From assembly GCA_045578045.1 (NCBI GenBank), contig JAZNJM010000081.1, positions 1 to 63,580 of the forward strand: 63,580 nt of DNA, given 5' to 3'. Numbering within the stretch: the first letter of the stretch is position 1; each line of letters begins with the position of its first letter. Made by a program: the position numbers and the translations under genes. Shown in pieces: positions 1-8,744 of the stretch. A model generated the notes under the pieces. That model saw only the letters and a list, made by a program, of their open reading frames with translations. It had not been told where the DNA came from and did not search any database. This DNA is from Eubacteriales bacterium (GTDB lineage: Bacteria > Bacillota > Clostridia > Oscillospirales > CAG-382).

Positions 1-15
1 TATTATGGTGATATT

Positions 16-240
16 ATGGCGAAACAAACTTTAAACGAAGTTGACGAAGGAAAAGAATATATTATAAATAGAATCGATACTGACGACGAAGATCTTGATG
101 CTTTCTTGTTCTCTCTTGGATGTTATAGCGGAGAAGCTATTACAGTTGTTTCAAGAATGAAAAGCAGTTGCGTTGTTTCTATAAAAGACGCAAGATACAA
201 TATAGATAATCAGTTGGCTGAAGCTATTATTGTTGAATAA
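16..240 (+). CDS. feoA: FeoA-family ferrous iron transport protein
   Basis: A 74-aa protein with a FeoA-like pattern (EYIINRI..LGCYSGEAITVV). It lies upstream of feoB on the same strand. Confidence 0.85.
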   Translation: MAKQTLNEVDEGKEYIINRIDTDDEDLDAFLFSLGCYSGEAITVVSRMKSSCVVSIKDARYNIDNQLAEAIIVE

Positions 241-299
241 TTTTTGATTATATCAAAATTTTTCATAATACAAAGCTACAGCCCAAATTTACGGCTTTT

Positions 300-319
300 G
301 AGTTAGCAGCCGCTAACTC
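300..319 (+). other. GC-rich stem-loop in the feoA-feoB spacer
   Basis: GAGTTAGC-agcc-GCTAACTC forms a perfect 8-bp stem. No T-run follows it. Confidence 0.5.
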
Positions 320-327
320 GGTTGAAG

Positions 328-372
328 TCAAATTATTGTTTAATCCCCCACTGAAATCAAATTATTGTTTAA
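328..372. repeat. Two perfect copies of a 16-bp direct repeat
   Basis: TCAAATTATTGTTTAA occurs at 328-343 and again at 357-372. Confidence 0.9.
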
Positions 373-464
373 ATTTAATTATTATAATGCGTTAATTGTA
401 CCTTTTATCTTTTTTATTTAGTTAGTAATTATTATAAATATTTATTATAAATTGGAGGTAAAAA

Positions 465-2468
465 ATGAGAATCGCACTTACAGGTAACCCTAACTCAGGC
501 AAAACAACGATGTATAATGCCTTAACAGGCAGCAACGAAAAGGTTGGAAACTGGGCTGGTGTTACTGTTGAAAAAAAAGAACACTTAATCAAAAAGTCCT
601 ATTATTCCGAAAAAGAGGAGATTGTTGCCGTTGACCTTCCGGGAGCATATTCAATGTCTCCTTTCACAAGTGAAGAAAGCATAACAAGCACATATATCAA
701 ACAAGAAAATCCAGACGTTATTATCAATATTGTTGATGCAACAAACCTCAGCAGAAGTTTATTTTTCACAACTCAAATTTTAGAGCTTGGAATACCAGTT
801 GTTATTGCATTGAATAAAAGCGATATAAACAAGAAAAAAGAAAATAAAATTGATGCAAAAGCTCTTTCTGAAAAACTTGGTTGTCCCGTTGTTGAAACGG
901 TTTCAATTTCTTCTGATGGTTTAACAGCAGTTATTAAAGCGGCAACAGAACAAATTGGTAAAGGGCAGAAAGCGCCATACGTTCAGGCTGATATTGATTT
1001 AACAAACAAAGAAGCTGTTATTTCAGAAGACAGAAAACGCTTTGAGTTTGTTAATAAAATTGTTAAAGAAGTTGAAAAAAGAAAGGTTTTAACAAAAGAT
1101 AAAAACATAGGCGACAAAATTGACGCTGTTTTAACGAATAAATGGGTTGGTATTCCCATATTCGTAGTTGTTATGTGGCTCGTTTTTCAAATTTCTCAAA
1201 CTTGGCTCGGAACGTGGATTGCAGAAGGATACGAATTTGAAAACGGAACAACAATTCCAGGACTTGTTACGTTTATTGAAAAATTTGGTGAATGGATTGG
1301 CGGACTTATGGAAAACGCATCTCCAATACTTCAAACTATCGTTGTTGACGGTATTATTGGTGGTGTTGGTGCGGTTATAGGCTTCCTTCCCTTAGTTATG
1401 GTAATGTATTTCCTCCTTGCCTTGCTTGAAGATTGTGGATATATGGCTCGTGTTTCCGTTGTTCTTGATCCTATTTTCAAAAAAGTTGGTCTTTCAGGAA
1501 AATCAGTTATTCCTCTCGTTATCGGAACGGGATGCTCAATTCCAGGAATTATGGCTTGTAGAACGATTAAAAACGAAAGAGAACGCCGTGCAACAGCTAT
1601 GCTTACCCCTTTTATTCCTTGCGGTGCAAAAATTCCAGTTATTGCCCTTCTTGCAGGATTGTTTTTCCCAGAATCTTCTTGGGTTTCTCCTTTGATGTAT
1701 TTCTTAGGTCTTATACTTGTTTTCTTTGGCGCATTACTTATTAAATGGATTTCAGGACATAAATACAGAAAATCATTTTTCATTATTGAAATGCCCGAAT
1801 ATAAAGTTCCTTCTTTGGTTGGTGCGTTTAAGTCTATGTGTTCACGCGGTTGGGCATACATTGTTAAAGCAGGAACTATAATTCTTGTTTGTAACTCACT
1901 TGTTACAATTATGCTTAATTACTCTTGGAAATTTCAACCCGTTGAACCAACAGATTCTATTCTTCATTCCATAGCTAATCCCATTGCATTTATTATGATT
2001 CCCCTTGGATTTGGTTTATGGCAGTTAGCGGCAGCGGCTGTTACGGGATTTATTGCAAAAGAAGAAGTTGTTGGAACTTTAGGTGCAGTTTTTGCAGCTT
2101 TGGCAGTTAACGAAGATTTTGAGCTTCTTCAAATGGGTAACGGTGAAGAAATTCTCGGAATAACCGCAGCCGCGGGTCTTTCTTATCTTATGTTTAACCT
2201 CTTTACCCCACCTTGTTTTGCAGCTATTGGTGCGATGAACGCAGAAATAAAAAGCAAAAAATGGCTTTTCGCAGGAATTGGTCTTCAGCTTTCAATAGCA
2301 TACGTTGTTTCTTTCCTTGTTTATCAAATAGGAACACTTTTAACAACCTCATCTGTTGGAAACGGATTTATTCCTGGACTTATTGCTGTTATTTCTATTA
2401 TCTCTATAGTTACAATTCTTTCAATAAGGTCAAACGCAAAAGCAAAAAAAGAATATTCAAAAAAATAA
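465..2468 (+). CDS. feoB: Ferrous iron transporter FeoB
   Basis: N-terminal G domain motifs GNPNSGKTT, DLPG and NKSD are followed by a long polytopic membrane domain. A GGAGG RBS lies just upstream. Confidence 0.97.
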   Translation: MRIALTGNPNSGKTTMYNALTGSNEKVGNWAGVTVEKKEHLIKKSYYSEKEEIVAVDLPGAYSMSPFTSEESITSTYIKQENPDVIINIVDATNLSRSLFFTTQILELGIPVVIALNKSDINKKKENKIDAKALSEKLGCPVVETVSISSDGLTAVIKAATEQIGKGQKAPYVQADIDLTNKEAVISEDRKRFEFVNKIVKEVEKRKVLTKDKNIGDKIDAVLTNKWVGIPIFVVVMWLVFQISQTWLGTWIAEGYEFENGTTIPGLVTFIEKFGEWIGGLMENASPILQTIVVDGIIGGVGAVIGFLPLVMVMYFLLALLEDCGYMARVSVVLDPIFKKVGLSGKSVIPLVIGTGCSIPGIMACRTIKNERERRATAMLTPFIPCGAKIPVIALLAGLFFPESSWVSPLMYFLGLILVFFGALLIKWISGHKYRKSFFIIEMPEYKVPSLVGAFKSMCSRGWAYIVKAGTIILVCNSLVTIMLNYSWKFQPVEPTDSILHSIANPIAFIMIPLGFGLWQLAAAAVTGFIAKEEVVGTLGAVFAALAVNEDFELLQMGNGEEILGITAAAGLSYLMFNLFTPPCFAAIGAMNAEIKSKKWLFAGIGLQLSIAYVVSFLVYQIGTLLTTSSVGNGFIPGLIAVISIISIVTILSIRSNAKAKKEYSKK

Positions 2469-2500
2469 TTTTATCATTTTAAAAGACAGGAGGATGCATT

Positions 2501-2683
2501 TTGAACAGTATAAATCCAACAGACGTTATTGTTACAATAATTCTTATTGCTATAATAGGCGGTGCGTTAGCATATATTATTAAAGCAAAAAAAAGCGGAC
2601 AGAAATGCATTGGCTGTCCAAGCTCGAAACAATGCGGCGGTTCTTGCAACTGCAAAAAAACAGACGAAAAACAAGATAAATAA
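2501..2683 (+). CDS. FeoB-associated Cys-rich small membrane protein
   Basis: One TM helix is followed by a Cys-rich tail (CIGCPSSKQCGGSCNC). The start is TTG, 7 nt after GGAGGA, immediately downstream of feoB. Confidence 0.75.
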   Translation: MNSINPTDVIVTIILIAIIGGALAYIIKAKKSGQKCIGCPSSKQCGGSCNCKKTDEKQDK

Positions 2684-2685
2684 AA

Positions 2686-2735
2686 CCATAAATAAATTTG
2701 GGATGTAAAATTTTACATCCCAAATTTATTTATGG
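2686..2735. terminator. Perfect 50-bp palindrome, likely a bidirectional terminator between convergent genes
   Basis: CCATAAATAAATTTGGGATGTAAAA (2686-2710) is the exact reverse complement of 2711-2735. Confidence 0.7.
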
Positions 2736-2779
2736 AGGTCGGTTTATTTTTTGTACAGACAATTTTTTCAGAAAAACTT

Positions 2780-3835
2780 TCAAAGTTCTTGAATAACAAC
2801 GTATTTAATTTTTTTAGGTTTTATGAAAAAGCTGATTATAATCAATGCGGTTACAATGAAAATTGAATCCATAAGAACGCAAATTTTAAAAGTTGGACTG
2901 ACGTAATTATCTGTAAAGGGAATTTTAAGAAGGTATGGAACCATTTTTGAAAAACGTTCTTTAGTAAGATTTTCGAAAGTGAAAACGGCTTCTCTTGCAA
3001 AAAGAATAATTGAAGAAAAATATTGGGCAATAAATGTTAAAACAAGAGATATTCCTCCTGAAATTAAAAGAACCTTGCTTTTTATCTCTTCTTTTGAAAA
3101 GATTTTATATCCAAATACAGAAGCAACGCTTGTGAGAGCCGAAAGACAGCTAACGTAATACCCAGCTTTAATGGTGCTTTCATTGTTGGGAATAGGAATA
3201 ACAAAGGCATATAGCAAAACAAAACATAGAGATGTACCAAAAGCCAAAAGAAAAGACCCAATAATTCCCTTTAAAACGGATTTGTTTTTATTTGATTCAG
3301 AAACGTCATTTTCTGATTTTTGTGATATATCAGAATTATCATCGGAATAACTATCTTCCGTTTCATCATCCATTGATTTTTTAGCACATTCTTCGCAAAG
3401 AAGAACGTTTTTTTCATCAATGCTTTGTCTGAATTTCTTTTCTGATTTATCAATATGTTTAAGACATTCAGAACAAACACATTTCAAAACGGAAGGAATT
3501 TCTGAAAGCCTTTTTGAAACTTCAGACATAAGATTATATAAATTCTTAAAAGAAAGAGAGCAAGAAACTTCAAGTCCGTTTTCCTTAACAGAATAATCTG
3601 TTATACCGTATTTTGAAAATATCTCCTGCAAACTTCCGCTTATTGTCATTATAGAAATAGGAGTTCCGTCTTTTGCTTTAATTGAATTGTCGTTGATATA
3701 AAAAACGTAAAAACTTTTTTTGTTTCCTGTTTCAAAAACAGAAAAAAGAAATCCGTTTAAAAAGCCGTAAACTGAATCTTTTTTTACGTTGAAAGAAATT
3801 GTCGTTGCAAAATCTGTAATTTTTTTACTTATCAT
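2780..3835 (-). CDS. Membrane protein of unknown function with a cytoplasmic zinc-ribbon-like CxCxxC...CxxC segment
   Basis: Soluble N-terminal part, CVCSEC..x..CEEC, an acidic D/E/S linker, then about 5 predicted TM helices. Its start lies 10 nt after the stop of the upstream ABC gene and has a GGGAG RBS. Confidence 0.6.
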   Translation of the reverse strand: MISKKITDFATTISFNVKKDSVYGFLNGFLFSVFETGNKKSFYVFYINDNSIKAKDGTPISIMTISGSLQEIFSKYGITDYSVKENGLEVSCSLSFKNLYNLMSEVSKRLSEIPSVLKCVCSECLKHIDKSEKKFRQSIDEKNVLLCEECAKKSMDDETEDSYSDDNSDISQKSENDVSESNKNKSVLKGIIGSFLLAFGTSLCFVLLYAFVIPIPNNESTIKAGYYVSCLSALTSVASVFGYKIFSKEEIKSKVLLISGGISLVLTFIAQYFSSIILFAREAVFTFENLTKERFSKMVPYLLKIPFTDNYVSPTFKICVLMDSIFIVTALIIISFFIKPKKIKYVVIQEL

Positions 3836-3845
3836 AATATCTCCC

Positions 3846-5705
3846 TCAGGTTTTCAAACCTGCAAATTGATTTTGATATAGTGTATAATAACGTCCTTTT
3901 TGAGCAAGAAGCTCTTCGTGGTTTCCCGATTCAGCAATTTTTCCGTCTGCAATAACGATAATTTTGTCTGAATCTCTAATTGTAGAAAGTCTGTGTGCAA
4001 TAATAAGGCTCGTTCTGTTTTTCATTAGAGCAATCATTGCTTTTTGAATATTCATTTCTGTTCTTGTATCAATATTTGAGGTTGCTTCGTCAAGAATAAG
4101 GATTTTGGGATCATTAAGAATAGCTCTTGCAATGCATATAAGCTGTCTCTGTCCTTGTGAAAGGTTAGCGCCGCTTTCCGAAAGAACGGTTTTATATCCG
4201 TTTGGAAGTTTTCTTGCAAAGGAATCAACACCCGCCATTTTCGCCGCAGCTATAACGTCTTCTGTTTTTGCATCGTTTTTTCCGTATTTAATGTTGTTTT
4301 CAATAGTATCAGAAAAAATAACAGAATCTTGAAGAACAATACCTATTGCACTTCTCAAAGTTTGCTTTGGCAGCTCAAAAATATCTTTTCCGTCAAGTTT
4401 AATATCGCCTTTTTGAATATCATAGAAGCGAGTAAGAAGATTAACAACGGTTGTTTTTCCGCTTCCCGTTGCACCAACTATGGCAATTTTTTCTCCCGGA
4501 TTAACGCGAAGGGTGAATCCGTCAAGAACCTTTTTATCGGGTGTGTATGAAAACTCAATATTATTAAACTCAATTTCACCTTTAATATTTTCGATATCAA
4601 AATCAAAGTCTTTTCCTTCGTCTTTTTCTTTTTCTTGATCTAAAATTTCGAAAACACGTTCTGCACCTGCAAGAGCTGTTTGAATCTGGGCATATTGTTG
4701 GGCAATTTCGTTTATCGGTCTTGAAAACTGTCTTGAATATGTTATAAACATAGAAATCATTCCCAAAGTAACGAGTTGTTGATTTGAGCTTATGGCAAGT
4801 TTTCCTCCAACGATAGCAATGAGCAAAAATCCGATATTTCCGATAACGTTCATAAAAGGGCCCATAACTCCACCGAATATCTGAGCTAAAACACCGATTT
4901 TTCTAAGCTCTTTATTTGTTTTTGCAAATTCTTTCCTTGCGTTTTCTTCTCTGCCATAGGCAACGATGGTATTGTAACCTCCAACGGTTTCTTCAACGTG
5001 AGAGTTAAGCCCGCCAAGAAGTTTTTGTTGCTTTGGGAAATATTTTCTCATATACTTTGTTAAGAAGAATGAAGAAAAAAGAGTTAAAACTACGGATAAC
5101 ATACTAACGCCCGTTAAAATAGGACTTTTTATAAGCATAACTATAAGCGTTCCCAAAAGCATAATAACACCTGAAATTATTGTTGCAACAGAGGTTGAAA
5201 CCGTATTGGAAATGCTTTCAATATCGTTTGTCATACGGCTCATAATATCGCCGTGTCTGTGGTTGTCTGTGTATCCGATTGAAAGAAATGAAATATGGGA
5301 AAATAAATCGTTTCGCATATTTCTGACTGTTGCTTGGGTGAGCTTTGCGGCAGCTATGTTTTGAATAAACGTTGACAAAGACTGAGTTATGTATATTCCG
5401 CCCAAAGTAAAAAGAATAGCGTAAAATGCTTTCGCATTTTCAGATTTCATAGAGTCAATAGCTTTTCCCTGAATCATAGGGGCGATTATGGATATTGTTG
5501 CCGATATTGTAATAATGAAAACAATGGTGAAAAAATACTTTTTATTAGAGCCAATATATTTCATCAGCCTGAGAAGAGTTGCTTTTGAGTTTTTAGGCTT
5601 TTCGCCCATAACTCTTGCCATATGATTAGGACCGCCTCCCGGACGGAGATTTATTGTTACAGGATCTTTTTTGTTTTGTTGTTTATCCATTAACGTCTCC
5701 TCCAT
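3846..5705 (-). CDS. ABC exporter half-transporter (fused TMD-NBD), subunit B
   Basis: Six-TM N-terminal domain, Walker A GATGSGKTT, signature LSQGQRQ, Walker B ILILDEATS. Confidence 0.93.
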   Translation of the reverse strand: MEETLMDKQQNKKDPVTINLRPGGGPNHMARVMGEKPKNSKATLLRLMKYIGSNKKYFFTIVFIITISATISIIAPMIQGKAIDSMKSENAKAFYAILFTLGGIYITQSLSTFIQNIAAAKLTQATVRNMRNDLFSHISFLSIGYTDNHRHGDIMSRMTNDIESISNTVSTSVATIISGVIMLLGTLIVMLIKSPILTGVSMLSVVLTLFSSFFLTKYMRKYFPKQQKLLGGLNSHVEETVGGYNTIVAYGREENARKEFAKTNKELRKIGVLAQIFGGVMGPFMNVIGNIGFLLIAIVGGKLAISSNQQLVTLGMISMFITYSRQFSRPINEIAQQYAQIQTALAGAERVFEILDQEKEKDEGKDFDFDIENIKGEIEFNNIEFSYTPDKKVLDGFTLRVNPGEKIAIVGATGSGKTTVVNLLTRFYDIQKGDIKLDGKDIFELPKQTLRSAIGIVLQDSVIFSDTIENNIKYGKNDAKTEDVIAAAKMAGVDSFARKLPNGYKTVLSESGANLSQGQRQLICIARAILNDPKILILDEATSNIDTRTEMNIQKAMIALMKNRTSLIIAHRLSTIRDSDKIIVIADGKIAESGNHEELLAQKGRYYTLYQNQFAGLKT

Positions 5706-7407
5706 CCTTCATCTGAGAGTTATATATATCTTTGTAAATTTCACTCGTTTTCATAAGTGTTTCGTGAGTTCCGAAAGCGGCAATTTTTCCATCGTCAATA
5801 ACTGCAATGTTGTCAGCACTCATAACACTTGCAATTCTCTGAGCAACCATAATTACGGTAACACCTTCAAGAGCTTCACTCATAGCCTTTCTGAGCTTTG
5901 CTTCTGTTGAAAGGTCAAGGGCGCTTGTTGCATCATCGAAAATAAGAATCTTAGGTTTTTTAATAAGACCTCTTGCAATGGATATTCTTTGTTTTTGTCC
6001 GCCTGAAAGAGATGCTCCTTTTTCTGCAACAAAGGTTTCATATCCGTTTGTAAATGAAGAAATAAAATCGTGAGCTTGTGCAATTTTTGAGGCGGCTTCA
6101 ATTTCTTCTTGCGTTGCGTTTTCCTTTCCTTGCTTTATATTTTCGGAAATTGTTCCTGTGAAAAGCTCACTTTTCTGAAGAACAAAAGAAATATTACTTC
6201 TCAAAGAGTCGAGAGAAATATCTTTAATTTCCGTATCTCCAAAAAGAATTTCGCCCTCAGAATCATAAAATCTTGTAATAAGTTTTAAAAGCGTACTTTT
6301 TCCACATCCCGTTGCTCCAAGGATCGCCGTTGTTTTGCCCGAAGGAATAAGTAGATTTACGTCTTCAAGAATATTTTCTTCCGAGAGAGGATATGAAAAT
6401 GAAACGTTTTTTAAGGTTATGGTATCAAATTTTTCGGGAAAATCTTTACTTCCTGTTTTAACAGCGGGTTCAACTGAAAGTATTTCAGCGATTCTTCCCA
6501 TACACGCCTTAGCCTTTGTTATATTCTGGAACATATTTCCAATCATCATAACAGACATAAGTATCTGAGTAACGTATGTAACAGCCGCCATTGCGTTTCC
6601 AACTTCCATTCCGTTTGTTCTTACTTCATATCCGCCAATGGAGAGAATTGCTATAACGGAAATATTCATAACAATCATAATAAATGGATTCAACGTTCCG
6701 ATAATTTTTTGAACTCTGTATGTTTTTTCTGTCAAAGAATCGTTTGCAATTTTAAAACGATTGATTTCATAGTTTTCTGTTGTGAATGATTTAACAACTC
6801 TTGCCCCAACAACGTTTTCTCTTACAACGCTGTTTACGTTATCAAGATTTTCTTGAACAACGGAAAATAAAGGCGCTGTTTTTTTAATCATAATAACGAT
6901 GAGAAGAATCTGAACGGGCAATGCACACGCAAAAACAATTCCAAATTTAAAATTCAAACTAAGTATCATAGCAATTCCGCCCACAAATTGCATACAAACT
7001 CTGACAACCATTCTCAAGCTCATAGAAACAAAATCCTGAGCAGCGGTTATATCGCTTGTCAACCTTGTTATTAAAGAACCTGTTGAAAATTTATCCGTTT
7101 GTTCAATGGAAAATGATGTTACCTTGTTGAAAGCGGCTTCTCTTAAACTGCACCCAAAATATTGAGATGCTGCACTTGCAAAAACAGCAGAAAGAACACC
7201 GCCTGCAAATCCAATCAAAACCACGATAATCATTTTGATCCCAACGCTGTAGATAACGGACATATTTCCCGCTTCAATTCCGTTTTCTACAATTTGAGAT
7301 AAAAACTTCGGTTGCATTAAGTCTGCAAGAACTTCAATTATCATAAAAACGGGAGCAAATATTGCAATATACCAATATGGCAACAGAAATTTGAGAACTT
7401 TTTTCAT
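5683..7407 (-). CDS. ABC exporter half-transporter (fused TMD-NBD), subunit A
   Basis: Walker A GATGCGKST, signature LSGGQKQR, Walker B ILIFDDATS. Start trimmed to MKKVLKFLLPYWY, which follows an AGGAAA RBS. The 3' end overlaps the next ABC gene by 23 nt. Confidence 0.9.
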   Translation of the reverse strand: MKKVLKFLLPYWYIAIFAPVFMIIEVLADLMQPKFLSQIVENGIEAGNMSVIYSVGIKMIIVVLIGFAGGVLSAVFASAASQYFGCSLREAAFNKVTSFSIEQTDKFSTGSLITRLTSDITAAQDFVSMSLRMVVRVCMQFVGGIAMILSLNFKFGIVFACALPVQILLIVIMIKKTAPLFSVVQENLDNVNSVVRENVVGARVVKSFTTENYEINRFKIANDSLTEKTYRVQKIIGTLNPFIMIVMNISVIAILSIGGYEVRTNGMEVGNAMAAVTYVTQILMSVMMIGNMFQNITKAKACMGRIAEILSVEPAVKTGSKDFPEKFDTITLKNVSFSYPLSEENILEDVNLLIPSGKTTAILGATGCGKSTLLKLITRFYDSEGEILFGDTEIKDISLDSLRSNISFVLQKSELFTGTISENIKQGKENATQEEIEAASKIAQAHDFISSFTNGYETFVAEKGASLSGGQKQRISIARGLIKKPKILIFDDATSALDLSTEAKLRKAMSEALEGVTVIMVAQRIASVMSADNIAVIDDGKIAAFGTHETLMKTSEIYKDIYNSQMKDGGDVNG

Positions 7408-7620
7408 TATCATTTTCCTTTCGTATATTTTAACACATTCGTGGTATATTATAACATTAAAACATTTATAATTAAACATATAAATATAAATTAATTGTGT
7501 ATTAAAAGGTTTTTTTTAAATAATTTTACTTTGATTATCAGATATGAAATTATCGTTCAACGTATTGATTTATTAAAACGTATATGATATAATTTTAAAG
7601 AAAGATTTTTGGAGGAAATT

Positions 7621-8706
7621 ATGGTAAAAAAGATTGTAATAACGGGCGGTCCGTGCGGCGGAAAAACTTCGTCTGAAAAATGGATAGAAGAAGAATTTAC
7701 TTCTCTCGGATATAAGGTTTTATTTATAGGCGAAAGTGCAACAGAGCTTATTTCGGGTGGTGTTGCTCCGTGGACTTGTGGCTCAAATAGTGATTTTCAA
7801 AAACTGATAATAAATTATCAGCTTGAAAAAGAAAAACTTTTTGAAAAAGCCGCCTCCACTATGGATAATGATAAAATACTTATAGTTTGCGATAGAGGAG
7901 CTTTTGACAACAGGGCGTATATGAACGATGATGAATACAGTGCTGTTATGTCAGAGCTTGGATATTCAAGAGTTGAGCTGAGAGACAGATATGATGCTGT
8001 TTTTCATCTTGTAACTGCGGCAAAAGGTGCAGAGGAATATTATACAACGGAAAATAACGATGCAAGAAGCGAAAATATAGCTGAGGCTATTTCTCTTGAT
8101 AACAAAATTATTTCTGCTTGGACAGGTCATCCTCATTTCAGAGTTATTGATAATAAATCAAATTTTGAAAACAAGATGAAACGCCTTATAAATGAAATTA
8201 AAACCGCCTTGGGTGAAAACGGGCCTTTTGAGATTGAAAGAAAATTTTTGATAGAATATCCCGACCTTTCATATCTTGAAAACCTATCGAATTGTGTTAA
8301 AGTAGAAATTATGCAAACTTATCTTAAAAGCCATAATGGAGAACAGCTTCGAATAAGACAACGTGGCGAAAACGGAAGCTACGTATTCTTTAAAACAATA
8401 AAAAGAAAGCTAAGTCCAATAAAGAGAATTGAAATTGAAACGAAAATTTCTGAAAAAGAGTATTTGGCTTTACTTGTTAATGCAGACAGCGATTATAAAC
8501 CAATCTGCAAATCGAGATATTGTCTGACGTATGAAGGGCAGTATTTTGAAATTGATGTTTTTTCCTTTTGGAACGATAAAGCAATTATAGAAATTGAATT
8601 GTGCAGTGAAAATGAAGAAATAGTTTTTCCCGAATTTATAAAGGTTATAAAGGAAGTAACAGACGATTCTTCATATGGAAATTATACTATGGCTAAAATA
8701 AAATAG
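7621..8706 (+). CDS. Fusion of a P-loop NTPase (AAA_28/NadR-kinase-like) to a CYTH (triphosphate tunnel metalloenzyme) domain
   Basis: Walker A GGPCGGKT and Walker-B-like ILIVCDRG in the N-terminal half. CYTH signature EIERKFLI (ExExK), plus RIRQRG and IIEIEL strands, in the C-terminal half. The ATG follows GGAGG. Confidence 0.8.
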   Translation: MVKKIVITGGPCGGKTSSEKWIEEEFTSLGYKVLFIGESATELISGGVAPWTCGSNSDFQKLIINYQLEKEKLFEKAASTMDNDKILIVCDRGAFDNRAYMNDDEYSAVMSELGYSRVELRDRYDAVFHLVTAAKGAEEYYTTENNDARSENIAEAISLDNKIISAWTGHPHFRVIDNKSNFENKMKRLINEIKTALGENGPFEIERKFLIEYPDLSYLENLSNCVKVEIMQTYLKSHNGEQLRIRQRGENGSYVFFKTIKRKLSPIKRIEIETKISEKEYLALLVNADSDYKPICKSRYCLTYEGQYFEIDVFSFWNDKAIIEIELCSENEEIVFPEFIKVIKEVTDDSSYGNYTMAKIK

Positions 8707-8744
8707 TTTTCGCCGTAATGATATGAAAACAAGGAGAAAAAACT

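Noticed and set aside
241-464. Fur box in the feoA-feoB spacer.
   Set aside because: I could not align the 16-bp repeats or any nearby sequence convincingly to the GATAATGATAATCATTATC-type consensus. The site is left as an unassigned operator candidate.
1131-1861. Antisense and alternative-frame ORFs nested inside strong genes. Examples are 1131-1334, 1331-1861, 4105-4550, 16578-16894, 20403-20798, 22756-23148, 23499-24104, 41017-42021, 50649-51092, 55725-56250, 57828-58724 and 62878-63210.
   Set aside because: Each lies entirely within a gene with unmistakable family motifs on the other strand or frame. They have low-complexity or odd composition and no RBS, so they are treated as shadow ORFs.
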